From assembly GCA_013287965.1 (NCBI GenBank), contig JABDCU010000007.1, positions 440 to 64,439 on the forward strand: a DNA stretch of 64,000 nucleotides, in the 5' to 3' direction. This DNA is from Candidatus Omnitrophota bacterium (lineage in GTDB: Bacteria; Omnitrophota; Gorgyraeia; Zapsychrales; Fredricksoniimonadaceae). The translations under genes and the position numbers were made by a program. Below, in pieces: positions 37,630-47,118 of this stretch (position 1 is its first letter; every line of letters starts with the position of its first letter). The notes under the pieces are model-generated. The model was not told the DNA's origin and did not search any database. It saw only the letters and a program-made list of their open reading frames with translations.

Positions 37630-39375
37630 CTAATCTAAAATAGTTGAAATATCTTCTTTTTTGTAATCTTCCTGATGAGGTTGTTTTTCCCGTTCAAACA
37701 AATAATTACCGATCAATAAATAATCCATATTGGTACACATGAAGCAACGGTACGCGTCAGCCGCGGTGGCAACAATGGGCTCGCCCCGGATATTAAATGA
37801 CGTGTTGATAATGACCGGGCATTTGGTTTGGGCTTCGAAGGCCTTGATGATGCTGTAAAACAAAGGATTGTCTTTTTCAGATACTGTCTGGACACGGGCG
37901 GAAGAATCCACATGGGTCACCGCCGGCAGTGAAGAAGATTTGGCCTTGCCCACTAAAAGCATATACGGGCTTTTAACCGGAAGGTCAAAATATTCCGAAG
38001 ACCTTTCTTCCAGGACACTGGGCGCGAAAGGCCTGAAAGATTCGCGGAATTTAATTTTTAAATTCATGACAGACTGCATCTTTTCACAGCGCGCGTCCGC
38101 GATAATACTGCGTGCCCCTAACGCCCGTGGACCAAACTCCATGCGCCCCTGGCAAAGGCCGATCACCTTGCCTTCCCCTATTAACCCGGCGATCCTGCCT
38201 GAAAGCGCGCTGTCAGCAATATGCTCGTAAAGCCAGCCCTTAGCATCAGCCAGGCCTTGAATATCTTTATCAGGAAAGGGTCCCAGTAAAGAGGCCTTTT
38301 GCGTATCATGGACATTGTCCGCTGATCGGGGGTTGTTCAAATATTGATGCCACACCAAAAGTGCTGCTCCCAAGGCCCCTCCGGCATCTCCGGCAGCCGG
38401 CTGTATCCAAATATTTTTAAACGGCACTTCTTTTAAAATTCTCCCGTTGCCCACACAGTTAAGGGCGACACCTCCGGCCAAACATAAATGATCTTGTTTA
38501 GTGGTCTTGTGCACATGCCAGGCTGTTTTGACCATGATCTCTTCCGTTACATCCTGAATAGACCGGGCGATGTCCTTATACCTTTGAGTAATGGTTGTTT
38601 CCGGCGTGCGGGGAGGCCCGCCGAAAAGGCGGTGAAAGCGTTCATTGGTCATGGTCAGGCCGACAGGATAATTAAAATAATCCAAATTTAAACGGAAAGA
38701 ACCGTCGGGCTTTATATCGATCAATTCTTTTTTGATCAAATCCGCGTATTTAGGCTGGCCGTACGGCGCCAAACCCATTAATTTATATTCACCGGAATTA
38801 ACGCGAAAGCCGGTGTAATAAGTAAACGCGGAATAAAGAAGCCCCAAGGAGTGGGGAAATTGTATTTCGCTCGTTAACTCGATCTTATTGCCGCGGCCAA
38901 TACCAAAGCTGGTACTCGTCCACTCGCCCACCCCGTCCAAGGTGATGATGGCCGCTTCCTGGAAAGGTGAGGGAAAAAATGCCGATGCTGCGTGGGACTC
39001 ATGGTGCTCGGGAAACAGGATCTCCTTGTCGAATTTAAGCTCCTGCCTGATGAGGTCTTTAATAAATATTTTCTCCTTGAGCCAGACAGGCATGGCTTTT
39101 AAGAACGAACTTAAGCCCCGTGGCGCGTAAGCCAAATAGGTCAGCAAAAGCCGTTCGAATTTCAAAAACGGTTTTTCATAGAAAGCCACATAACTGACAT
39201 CATTGATGGTGATGCCGGCTTCTTTCAGGCAATAGCGCACCGCGTTCAACGGAAAAGAAGCATCATGCTTCTGGCGGGTAAAGCGTTCTTCCTGGGCCGC
39301 GGCAATAATTTCACCGTCCCTGACGAGGCAGGCCGCGCTATCGTGATAAAATGCAGAGATACCTAAAATATACAT
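37630..39375 (-). CDS. Carbamoyltransferase (NodU/CmcH family)
   Basis: MYILGISAFYHDSAACLVRDGEIIAAAQEERFTRQKHD, and the 581-aa length is typical. Confidence 0.9.
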   Translation of the reverse strand: MYILGISAFYHDSAACLVRDGEIIAAAQEERFTRQKHDASFPLNAVRYCLKEAGITINDVSYVAFYEKPFLKFERLLLTYLAYAPRGLSSFLKAMPVWLKEKIFIKDLIRQELKFDKEILFPEHHESHAASAFFPSPFQEAAIITLDGVGEWTSTSFGIGRGNKIELTSEIQFPHSLGLLYSAFTYYTGFRVNSGEYKLMGLAPYGQPKYADLIKKELIDIKPDGSFRLNLDYFNYPVGLTMTNERFHRLFGGPPRTPETTITQRYKDIARSIQDVTEEIMVKTAWHVHKTTKQDHLCLAGGVALNCVGNGRILKEVPFKNIWIQPAAGDAGGALGAALLVWHQYLNNPRSADNVHDTQKASLLGPFPDKDIQGLADAKGWLYEHIADSALSGRIAGLIGEGKVIGLCQGRMEFGPRALGARSIIADARCEKMQSVMNLKIKFRESFRPFAPSVLEERSSEYFDLPVKSPYMLLVGKAKSSSLPAVTHVDSSARVQTVSEKDNPLFYSIIKAFEAQTKCPVIINTSFNIRGEPIVATAADAYRCFMCTNMDYLLIGNYLFEREKQPHQEDYKKEDISTILD

Positions 39376-39376
39376 A

Positions 39377-40816
39377 TTAATATGTTCCGCGGGCCTTTAA
39401 AAAATCCCTCATCCCTTCCCATGTCGTCCTGGACTGCGTACAGCTTAGCCCGTGATACTGCATCAAAAAATACCGGGCGCTATAATCCTTGTAACGGTAA
39501 AGCAGGACGAATTTCAGCCAATCCTCGTCGGTCTTAAGCGCGTTGGCCTCTTCCAGTGTCCAATAGCTGAACATGCCCTTGCCTTCCTGCGGGAAGGTGT
39601 TGAAATACACATTAAAATAGGCCGCTGCGAAAAAAACTGCAATGGCGCACGTTACGATCCATAATCCCCACCAGCGCTCGCATGCCTGCCACAGCAAATA
39701 CCCGCTCAACAAACACACAAACGGCCATGCCCCTGTGATCCGCAAAGAATTGGGCAGTTCAGAATTAGTCAAAGCCGCGGGCACCACCCCGATCAGGATA
39801 TTGGCCAATAAAAACAGGACAAACGGCTTTTGTAAGACCAATGGATTATTGCTCCTGTATTTTTTGAACAAAAGCATCAGCGCCCATATCAACCCCAAGC
39901 TCAAGGCCGCCATATCAAGCCCGCTTAAAATACCAAAATGCCGTGTCGAATGGACATAGGAAGGGTCTCCCCTGAAAAACAAAAAATCCCCATTAAAATG
40001 CATAAGGTAATTATTCACAAAAATGCCGGTGATATCATTAAGATGGCCCACGCTATGGATGGCATTCAGATATCCTTTAGAGAATATACTGATGTTATTG
40101 AAACGGTCTTGTATCTCTCCGCTTAACGTTTTCTGTATCAAGGGAATGAGCGGCACGATCACTGTAAAGGCAAAGACCAGCCATGACTTCAGCGGCCATG
40201 GCCCCCTCCAACGCGTATAAATGACCAGCGACAAGAGCATCAGCGGCGTTTGCAGCCTGAAAGGAGGATAAGAATATATGGCGGCACAAAAAAACAAACC
40301 TGACAGGACAACACTCCAAATTTTAGGACGTTTGAAAAAGAAATACATCCCCCAAATTAAAAACGTCGCGGAAAATAAAGACTCAAAAGCAACCCGGGAA
40401 AGGCCCCAGGTCCAGGGCGAAAGGCAGGCCGCGGTCACGGTAAAAAAAGCATAACGCCATCCCAAAAATGACCGGGCCAAAAAGAACAGTCCAACGATCC
40501 CTAAAATATGCACGGTCACGCTCAAGGCCCGCAAACTGGCGACGGGATAGCCAAAGACCTTGGCCCAGACAACAGCGGGATAAATATAGGTCGGCGGTTT
40601 GGGCGTGCCGTAATTTAAATTCGAAAAGACCGGATGAGGGACATTGTGCGCGTCAACCCCCTCGGTGGCCATGCACCCTATATCCACTGAACCGCTCATC
40701 TCATCCACATGAAACCCGTAAGGAACACTGTCCAGCCGCCAATAGGATAAAACACAGGCCGATAGGCTGATCAAACCTAAACAAACCAAACAGATTGAAA
40801 TGACAGATTGCTTCAT
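39377..40816 (-). CDS. Polytopic membrane protein, ArnT/PMT-like (GT-C) candidate
   Basis: First loop FHVDEMSG (DE motif) and more than 10 TM segments. Confidence 0.55.
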   Translation of the reverse strand: MKQSVISICLVCLGLISLSACVLSYWRLDSVPYGFHVDEMSGSVDIGCMATEGVDAHNVPHPVFSNLNYGTPKPPTYIYPAVVWAKVFGYPVASLRALSVTVHILGIVGLFFLARSFLGWRYAFFTVTAACLSPWTWGLSRVAFESLFSATFLIWGMYFFFKRPKIWSVVLSGLFFCAAIYSYPPFRLQTPLMLLSLVIYTRWRGPWPLKSWLVFAFTVIVPLIPLIQKTLSGEIQDRFNNISIFSKGYLNAIHSVGHLNDITGIFVNNYLMHFNGDFLFFRGDPSYVHSTRHFGILSGLDMAALSLGLIWALMLLFKKYRSNNPLVLQKPFVLFLLANILIGVVPAALTNSELPNSLRITGAWPFVCLLSGYLLWQACERWWGLWIVTCAIAVFFAAAYFNVYFNTFPQEGKGMFSYWTLEEANALKTDEDWLKFVLLYRYKDYSARYFLMQYHGLSCTQSRTTWEGMRDFLKARGTY

Positions 40817-40828
40817 TAATTATTTAGC

Positions 40829-41048
40829 CTCTTGTGAATTTTGAATGGGTAAACCATGATTAATTTACGCGGGTCCTGGCTCGACCGCCGTGTTAACGTG
40901 CTCCTCTTGGCGAATTTCAACCCTACCAGCGGCCAGAAAGGTGGTTTCCCTAAGCAGATGAGTTGAGCACTTGTCGTGCGCTCGTTAACACGTCGTCCGA
41001 GCCACCCGCTAAGAGATGCTTTTTATACCCATTCAAAATTCAAAGGAA
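40829..41048. other. About 220-nt intergenic element folding into a long interrupted hairpin (candidate structured RNA or MITE)
   Basis: The outer 16-bp perfect stem pairs 40836-40851 (gaattttgaatgggta) with 41026-41041. A second stem pairs gcgggtcctggctcgaccgccgtgttaacg with cgttaacacgtcgtccgagccacccgc. The element fills the whole gap between two co-directional genes. Confidence 0.45.
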
Positions 41049-41051
41049 CCA

Positions 41052-42431
41052 TTATTTATTCTTTAAAATAACTCCCGCGAGATTACGGGCTATTAATGCA
41101 TTACCTTCGCGCGTGCAATGCCCGAAATCAACAGCAAAACTATCTTTAAAATAACGGCTGTATCCTGCCTGGGCCAAAGCTTGTTTGAAATTCTCTTTGT
41201 TTTCGACATAGATCACATCCTTGCGCTGCCCCAAATAATTTTTTAAAGGACCTATGTCCCTTAAAGGATACTGCATCACCACCACCTTAATATGACGGCT
41301 TAAGATCTTTTTGAGCACAAGGCTGTAATTGACCAGGGTTATTGGAAAATAGTCGTCTGTCCCATGCTGAGCTGCTTTCCGGAAATATCCCTGGGCGATA
41401 TCTTCATATTTTTCTGCCAGGTCATCATGATGGGTCTCTCTGAGCCACCGGGCCAATTCAATGTCCCCCCAATAATCCTTCGGGTTAGACCGTAAATACC
41501 CGGCATAAATAAAAAAAGCATTATCATTATGTTCCTGATAGTAGGCACGGGCCAGCCCCGGAAGAATATCGCTGTTTTGAGGGCCCAGCGCGAGCGCTGT
41601 TTGAAAAGCTTTTATTGCCTGGGCACCTTGCTTTTGGGCCAGGAAAAGCTCTCCCCACTCTTGGTAAACAGCCGGAAGGCCGGGAGCAAAAACAGTGGCT
41701 TGCTTCAAGAGCTCCTGCGCTTCCTGGAACCTGCCGCTAAGACGGTAGCGCTGGGCCAGTTCAACGCAAAACAAGCCGGCTTGCATGACATATTGCCTGG
41801 CAGACCGGTCCTGGGAAAAACGTTTTAAACATTGGGCGATGGCAGACTTTAAAAAATCTTCCGTTTGCTGGTACTTGCCGTCACCCGATGGGGACAAATC
41901 AGGCGTCTGTGCCGGGGCCTTGATCTCTTTGATCCGATGGGTGATGTGCTCATATAAAAGACGGGCCAGTTTATAGACCCGAAGGTCTTTTAAATAGAAT
42001 TTAATATTTTCCCGCCATAAAGATTTATCCGGCTCATGCAGCAAATAGATCTTATCATTGACCCCCATCATTAAGACCACCATCCGCGGCTTATACGCAT
42101 CCAAATTCTGTTCGAGATGCGCCAGGATATAATTGGTATTCGTACTGATGATCCCTTTATTAATGACCGTGAATTTTCTGGCCTCCCCCTTCGCGTTAAG
42201 CATTTGTTCCAATTGGCTGGGATATGAATCTTCTCCCCCTAATGCCGTCGTGGATTCTCCCAGGCATAAAATACGGTATTCATTGCCGGCAAAAGACAAA
42301 TGGTTATGCCGTTCTTGCAAATAAAGGACAAGAGCGCCGGCCGCACGCAAGCCGGCCTCGAGCAGGATGACGGCAAGGCATAGGCCGAAGATAATAAGCA
42401 GCAGTTTTTGACTAAGAGAGGTTTTTTTCAC
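41052..42431 (-). CDS. SGNH/GDSL-family hydrolase with an inserted TPR region
   Basis: Block I is CLGESTT, block III is MMGVNDK, block V is DFGHCT. A TPR-like segment lies between them. Confidence 0.6.
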   Translation of the reverse strand: MKKTSLSQKLLLIIFGLCLAVILLEAGLRAAGALVLYLQERHNHLSFAGNEYRILCLGESTTALGGEDSYPSQLEQMLNAKGEARKFTVINKGIISTNTNYILAHLEQNLDAYKPRMVVLMMGVNDKIYLLHEPDKSLWRENIKFYLKDLRVYKLARLLYEHITHRIKEIKAPAQTPDLSPSGDGKYQQTEDFLKSAIAQCLKRFSQDRSARQYVMQAGLFCVELAQRYRLSGRFQEAQELLKQATVFAPGLPAVYQEWGELFLAQKQGAQAIKAFQTALALGPQNSDILPGLARAYYQEHNDNAFFIYAGYLRSNPKDYWGDIELARWLRETHHDDLAEKYEDIAQGYFRKAAQHGTDDYFPITLVNYSLVLKKILSRHIKVVVMQYPLRDIGPLKNYLGQRKDVIYVENKENFKQALAQAGYSRYFKDSFAVDFGHCTREGNALIARNLAGVILKNK

Positions 42432-43087
42432 TAAAATAAACGCAGGTCGATGGTTTTCTTCGCGAATTGCTTTTTAAAGTCAGGATTTTCAAGGAATAAC
42501 TTGCTGACAAGATACAGTTGCCGGACATGTTCCCCGCCTTGTTCCAGGCCCTGCTCAAAATCCTGCGGGCCCAGCCCCAAAAGTCCGGCCATTTGACGGT
42601 AGGTCATCGTTGCCAGGAAAAACCTTATGGTATAAGGATACGCTTCTTTGGCCAGGGCGAAACAATCCATCGCCTGGGTGTAATGTTCTTCATTATAATA
42701 AATGACCCCCAGGTCATAATAGGTCCAAAAAGAATGCCCGAAAAGTTTAGCGGCCTGGGATAAATATTCAATGGACTTAGGTCTATCCCCTAAATAATAA
42801 TACGCGTACCCGACGATCCCGCAGGCCGCCGGCTTCTCGTAGGTATTGGCCCCCATATAATCGCATTCAAACTTATAATAAGTAAAAACATCCCTCATCT
42901 TCCCCTGGTCCATTTGTGCGGGGTGATAGACAAATTCTTTGAGGTCCGAAACAGACGGCAAGGTGGTATTTAAGGTCTTTATCTTGAGCTTATTTTGGTC
43001 AATAAGCACCAAAGATAAAACCGCTCCCGTCAAAAACAGGAGCATCACCCGCCGGAAGATCAGATCAACGATAGCCATATTAACCAT
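42431..43087 (-). CDS. TPR-repeat protein with an N-terminal membrane anchor (paralogue 3 of 3)
   Basis: IVGYAYYYLGDRPKSIEYLSQAAKLFGHSFWTYYDLGVIYYNEEHYTQA. I trimmed the start from the track ORF (43255) to 43087. Confidence 0.6.
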   Translation of the reverse strand: MVNMAIVDLIFRRVMLLFLTGAVLSLVLIDQNKLKIKTLNTTLPSVSDLKEFVYHPAQMDQGKMRDVFTYYKFECDYMGANTYEKPAACGIVGYAYYYLGDRPKSIEYLSQAAKLFGHSFWTYYDLGVIYYNEEHYTQAMDCFALAKEAYPYTIRFFLATMTYRQMAGLLGLGPQDFEQGLEQGGEHVRQLYLVSKLFLENPDFKKQFAKKTIDLRLF

Positions 43088-45129
43088 CCCAGGACAAACG
43101 GATATAGGACCACGAAAAAATAAGCCCAGGCGTATTGGGCCGCGGACCCGAAACGCCAATGGACCACATGTTCTCCTGCCGGCACCCACAGTCCCTGGGC
43201 ACAGATATTTGTCCGGAACAACGGTGCTGGTTTTCCGTCTATAAACGCTTTCCACCGGCTGTGATAACTTTGTGTCCTGACTAAAAACCCCGGTTTCGTA
43301 AATGCGGTCTTGACCATAACATCATTGACCCCGGCTTTCAAGATCTTAAAGTCCTGGTCTATAGAAGTGATGATCCTGGCATTAGGAGAAGCAGGCCCCT
43401 GCGTCCCTAAGGCCTCGGGAGAATAAACAAAAGCAAGGTCCTCGAAATGCGCCAAAGAAGCCTGCAAACGGCCAGGATCAAGATTATCAGTGACCTGTTG
43501 GACGCGATCATACAGGATGAAGGACATACTAAGATAATTGGCTAAAATAGCATTATCAACAGACCCCCTTGCTTCATAGACCCAGCGTGTGCCGAAATAG
43601 GGCAGGTCTTTACGGAACATATCTATGTCCGGCCTTTTTTTCCTGTTGATGACCTCTCCCAAATTCTTCGCAACAGGAAGTTCTAAAGCATAGGCCTGGT
43701 CATACGTCCACTGGTGCGACGGTGGATAGTCCGCGGCAATGTGGCTGTAGGCCTCAAAGGGTTGAAGGACTATTGCTCCCCAAAGCAATAAGGTCACGGC
43801 CAGCCTACTGCCCTTGGACCAAATACATCCCAAGATCCATGCCAAATTAAAAATGATCACGGCATACGTCATATACCCGACATGGTTGTACAAAAACAAC
43901 CCTATGGCGCACCCATGGACCATCACCACCCATGCGGTCATCCATTTACGGTCGATCAAAGACCGCTGGCAATCCTCGACAAAGCCCCGTATTTGCTGGG
44001 CGACAAAAAGGATAAAGGCAGGCAGGATCGCGAACTGCAGGAAAAACTGGACATTGCGGAAATATTTAAAGAACGGCACATGCTTGTATAAAAATTGGTG
44101 GATATAGGACGCGTCCGCGAGCCCGATCAAAAAAACCGTGTATCCAAAAATAAAAAGGACGACCAGTCTCCGGTTTAAACGCACCCACGCCCCGGACAAG
44201 AGCATCAAAAACGCGAACAAAGGAACGTAAAAATCATGCAGCCCTATCTTGTCTAAATTCACAAATTGCCTGTCAAAAATGAAATTGGGTATAATGCCCC
44301 CTTCATTGATCTTGCCGATGCTGACAGTGGACGAATTTGTATTTTGCGATCCGGTATTGCGCTGCATCGTTAAAACTTCCCCCTGGCTTGTTTGCTGATA
44401 CCATGAGATCCCGGGGACAAATGAAACAATCAGGAGGCAAATACAAATCCCGGTAAATATTTTATGCCGGCTGATAAAATCCCCGGCCTGCCGGTACTTT
44501 GCGCCCATTCGCGGCGCGTAAACAATACAAAAACAAATAAGGAAGACGAACAAAATAGTATAAAAATAGAAAGGGATATAGGTGATATTAATGAGCATCA
44601 GGCAAAATACTATCCCTAAGAGAAATACCCTGCGGGGGGCCTGCGTGAAAGCGACGAGAAAATATGAAAACCAAATGAACGGGACGATCTCAAGCACAAG
44701 GTAGGACTCAAAAAGGCCGGCCCCGATGCAGGAAAATAACAGCAGCAGCGCCGCGCTAAAAGAGGCCAGGCGGTCAAAAAAAAGCTTCCGGGCCAGTAAA
44801 TAAAAACCGGCCACTCCAAGGAAAAAGTACAAAACCAAAAATAAGCGGTAGGCGATGGCAAAAGGCTGGCCGCATTTATTCAAAAATACAATGATGAAAA
44901 AAAATGGATTGTATTCCCCGATCCTGCGCAGAAAGAATTCATTGACGGTCCCATGGTCCTCCATGGGGTGCCAAAGCGGATACACGCCTCGCGTGATATT
45001 TTCCAGATAAAACCGGATATGCCCAAGGTAGGAGTAGGCGTCCCCTTGCAGGGGCGCGTCAGCATTCAAAAAAAGTCTAAAGAGATAACACCACAGCAGG
45101 AGGGATAAAGCTATTAATGTGTTATTCAA
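43060..45129 (-). CDS. Large polytopic membrane protein (YfhO/GT-C-like candidate)
   Basis: 689 aa with more than 12 TM segments and a soluble C-terminal domain. The family assignment is tentative. Confidence 0.5.
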   Translation of the reverse strand: MNNTLIALSLLLWCYLFRLFLNADAPLQGDAYSYLGHIRFYLENITRGVYPLWHPMEDHGTVNEFFLRRIGEYNPFFFIIVFLNKCGQPFAIAYRLFLVLYFFLGVAGFYLLARKLFFDRLASFSAALLLLFSCIGAGLFESYLVLEIVPFIWFSYFLVAFTQAPRRVFLLGIVFCLMLINITYIPFYFYTILFVFLICFCIVYAPRMGAKYRQAGDFISRHKIFTGICICLLIVSFVPGISWYQQTSQGEVLTMQRNTGSQNTNSSTVSIGKINEGGIIPNFIFDRQFVNLDKIGLHDFYVPLFAFLMLLSGAWVRLNRRLVVLFIFGYTVFLIGLADASYIHQFLYKHVPFFKYFRNVQFFLQFAILPAFILFVAQQIRGFVEDCQRSLIDRKWMTAWVVMVHGCAIGLFLYNHVGYMTYAVIIFNLAWILGCIWSKGSRLAVTLLLWGAIVLQPFEAYSHIAADYPPSHQWTYDQAYALELPVAKNLGEVINRKKRPDIDMFRKDLPYFGTRWVYEARGSVDNAILANYLSMSFILYDRVQQVTDNLDPGRLQASLAHFEDLAFVYSPEALGTQGPASPNARIITSIDQDFKILKAGVNDVMVKTAFTKPGFLVRTQSYHSRWKAFIDGKPAPLFRTNICAQGLWVPAGEHVVHWRFGSAAQYAWAYFFVVLYPFVLGWLIWLSLI

Positions 45130-45141
45130 CTGGCCCTGTTT

Positions 45142-45891
45142 TTAATTTCGGCGGTTGAGCTTGGATAAAAGACGCAGGATTTCCATATAGAGCCAGATCA
45201 AGGTCGCCATTAAAGCGAAAGCTCCATACCATTCCATGTATTTTTCCAAACCTTCTTGGGAATGACGTTCGATAAGATCGAAATCGAGGATCAAATTAAA
45301 AGTGGCTATGCCTACAACAAATAGGCTAAAACCAATGCCTAACATGCTGCCCTGATAAAGAAAAGCTGGCGGGTGAATTCCAAAGGCTCCAGCAGCCAAA
45401 ACGACAAAATAGAAGAGCATAATGGCAATAGTGGCAATGATAACACATTTCTTAACCATTGGTGTAGCTTGGATCCATCCTGTCTGATACGCTACAAGCA
45501 TAACAAATAATACGGCAAAAGTTAAGCCAACAGCCTGTATTACGATCCCTGGGAACCTCTGCTCAAAGAGCGATGAGACAACTCCCACAAAAACTCCTTG
45601 GATGGCTGTATATAAAGGAGCTAATACAGGAGACATCTGGGGATTTCTACAAAGCACAAAACCAATAGCCATACAAATACCAAAAGTAATAAGCATTGCC
45701 TGAAAAGACAGTAAATATGCCTTAATACCAATCGGTAAGTTCCAACTCCACCCTGTGACTAAAAGAAGCAATGCGAAAAGAATAAAAGTTTTATTAATTG
45801 TTCCCTGAATAGTCATCGTTTGTCCAGAACCTATAGCCGCTCTGGCATTGGAGAAAACATCATTCTTAAGTGTTGGATTAGAACTTTCCAT
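45142..45891 (-). CDS. Bax inhibitor-1/YccA-like membrane protein
   Basis: MESSNPTLKNDVF...TMTIQGTINKT followed by 7 TM segments. I trimmed the start to 45891, 28 nt after the pgpA stop. Confidence 0.65.
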   Translation of the reverse strand: MESSNPTLKNDVFSNARAAIGSGQTMTIQGTINKTFILFALLLLVTGWSWNLPIGIKAYLLSFQAMLITFGICMAIGFVLCRNPQMSPVLAPLYTAIQGVFVGVVSSLFEQRFPGIVIQAVGLTFAVLFVMLVAYQTGWIQATPMVKKCVIIATIAIMLFYFVVLAAGAFGIHPPAFLYQGSMLGIGFSLFVVGIATFNLILDFDLIERHSQEGLEKYMEWYGAFALMATLIWLYMEILRLLSKLNRRN

Positions 45892-45919
45892 CTTACTGCC
45901 CTCCTGTACCATTTTTAGC

Positions 45920-46375
45920 CTAAAAAAAACCCGCGCATCGCAAAGCAATACGCAAGATGATATTAGTATACATCCCGGCCATACAATCATCAAGCATAAT
46001 CCCCCAACCGCCGGGCTGGGCTTCCAGCTTGTTGATAGGATATATTTTAAACATGTCAAAGGCCCGAAACAAGAAAAATCCGCTGATCATGACCGGCCAG
46101 ATCAAAGGCAGGCCCCACAAAGCGATCATGACACCCACCACCTCATCAATGACCACAAATCCCGGGTCTTTTTGACTCAATTGTTTTTCAATGATGCCTG
46201 ATGTCATGACGCCCAGGACCAATAAAACCAGCAAAATAATGGTATAAACCGGCAAATTCCTGCCTGAATAATAAGCGATCGCCACTCCCACCACAGTCGC
46301 CCAAGTGCCCGGAGCGGCAGGCAAGTACCCCACGCCAAAAACAGTGGCTATGGATCTAATTAGAAAGTTTCTCAT
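45920..46375 (-). CDS. pgpA: Phosphatidylglycerophosphatase A
   Basis: TVFGVGYLPAAPGTWATVVG and DEVVGVM motifs. Confidence 0.85.
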   Translation of the reverse strand: MRNFLIRSIATVFGVGYLPAAPGTWATVVGVAIAYYSGRNLPVYTIILLVLLVLGVMTSGIIEKQLSQKDPGFVVIDEVVGVMIALWGLPLIWPVMISGFFLFRAFDMFKIYPINKLEAQPGGWGIMLDDCMAGMYTNIILRIALRCAGFF

Positions 46376-46395
46376 TTTATTGTCTTTTGTAATTA

Positions 46396-46568
46396 GTGAT
46401 GGTTAAATGGTGTTGTGGACGAAACAATCAGGGATTTTTGGCCAAATGTCTGCGAGGCTTTATGACAACAATGTTCCAAATGAAGAGAATCTTTAGAACA
46501 TTGTTGTCATAAACCGAAGCAGACGGCCAAAATATCCCGTTTCGGGAACAACACCATTTAACCATCAC
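46396..46568. repeat. 173-nt imperfect palindrome between pgsA and pgpA
   Basis: Outer arms gtgatggttaaatggtgttgt/acaacaccatttaaccatcac and inner arms ttatgacaacaatgttc/gaacattgttgtcataa are perfect. The middle of the arms has diverged. The right arm overlaps the pgsA stop codon. Confidence 0.8.
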
Positions 46569-47118
46569 GCCTGCGAAAATAATCTATGCCCGAATACACC
46601 GTCAATATAACCGCAACAACCATCAGGGCATCATTGACACCAAGCCAAATTCTTTGCACATTATGAAACCAAAATGAGCAATTCTCCGACTGCTGGGCCA
46701 CCAGATAAAGCAGGATCACTGACACGGCAATGATCTGTACCACGGTCTTGATCTTGCCGGCACGCTCCGCGGCCAGCACCTGGCCCTGACGCATGGCCCA
46801 AAGCCGCCAAGCAGTCACCAGGACTTCACGGATGGCAATGGCGATGAACATCCACCATTTGACCATACCAAGATGTGCCAAAACCCCGAAAGCGGACAAG
46901 ATCAATATCTTGTCAGCGATGGGGTCCATGATCTTGCCGAAATCGCTGACCAATCCCCTTTTTTTGGCCAAATGGCCATCATAATAATCTGTTAAAGAAG
47001 CGATCGCGAAAACTATTGCCGCCAGGATATTGCCTGCCAAAGATCTTTCTTGCAGAAGGAAAACCAGGACAATGGCCCAAATAATGCGTGAAAGGGTCAA
47101 GGCATTGGGTAAGTTCAT
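46558..47118 (-). CDS. pgsA: CDP-diacylglycerol--glycerol-3-phosphate 3-phosphatidyltransferase
   Basis: CDP-alcohol phosphatidyltransferase motif DYYDGHLAKKRGLVSDFGKIMDPIADK. Confidence 0.9.
   Translation of the reverse strand: MNLPNALTLSRIIWAIVLVFLLQERSLAGNILAAIVFAIASLTDYYDGHLAKKRGLVSDFGKIMDPIADKILILSAFGVLAHLGMVKWWMFIAIAIREVLVTAWRLWAMRQGQVLAAERAGKIKTVVQIIAVSVILLYLVAQQSENCSFWFHNVQRIWLGVNDALMVVAVILTVYSGIDYFRRRDG

Noticed and set aside
40829-41048. SRP (4.5S) RNA, tmRNA or RNase P RNA.
   Set aside because: The SRP domain IV consensus (GGAA tetraloop with AGCA/GGAAGCAG loops) is absent on both strands. There is no tRNA-like end and no tag reading frame. I kept it only as an unclassified structured element.
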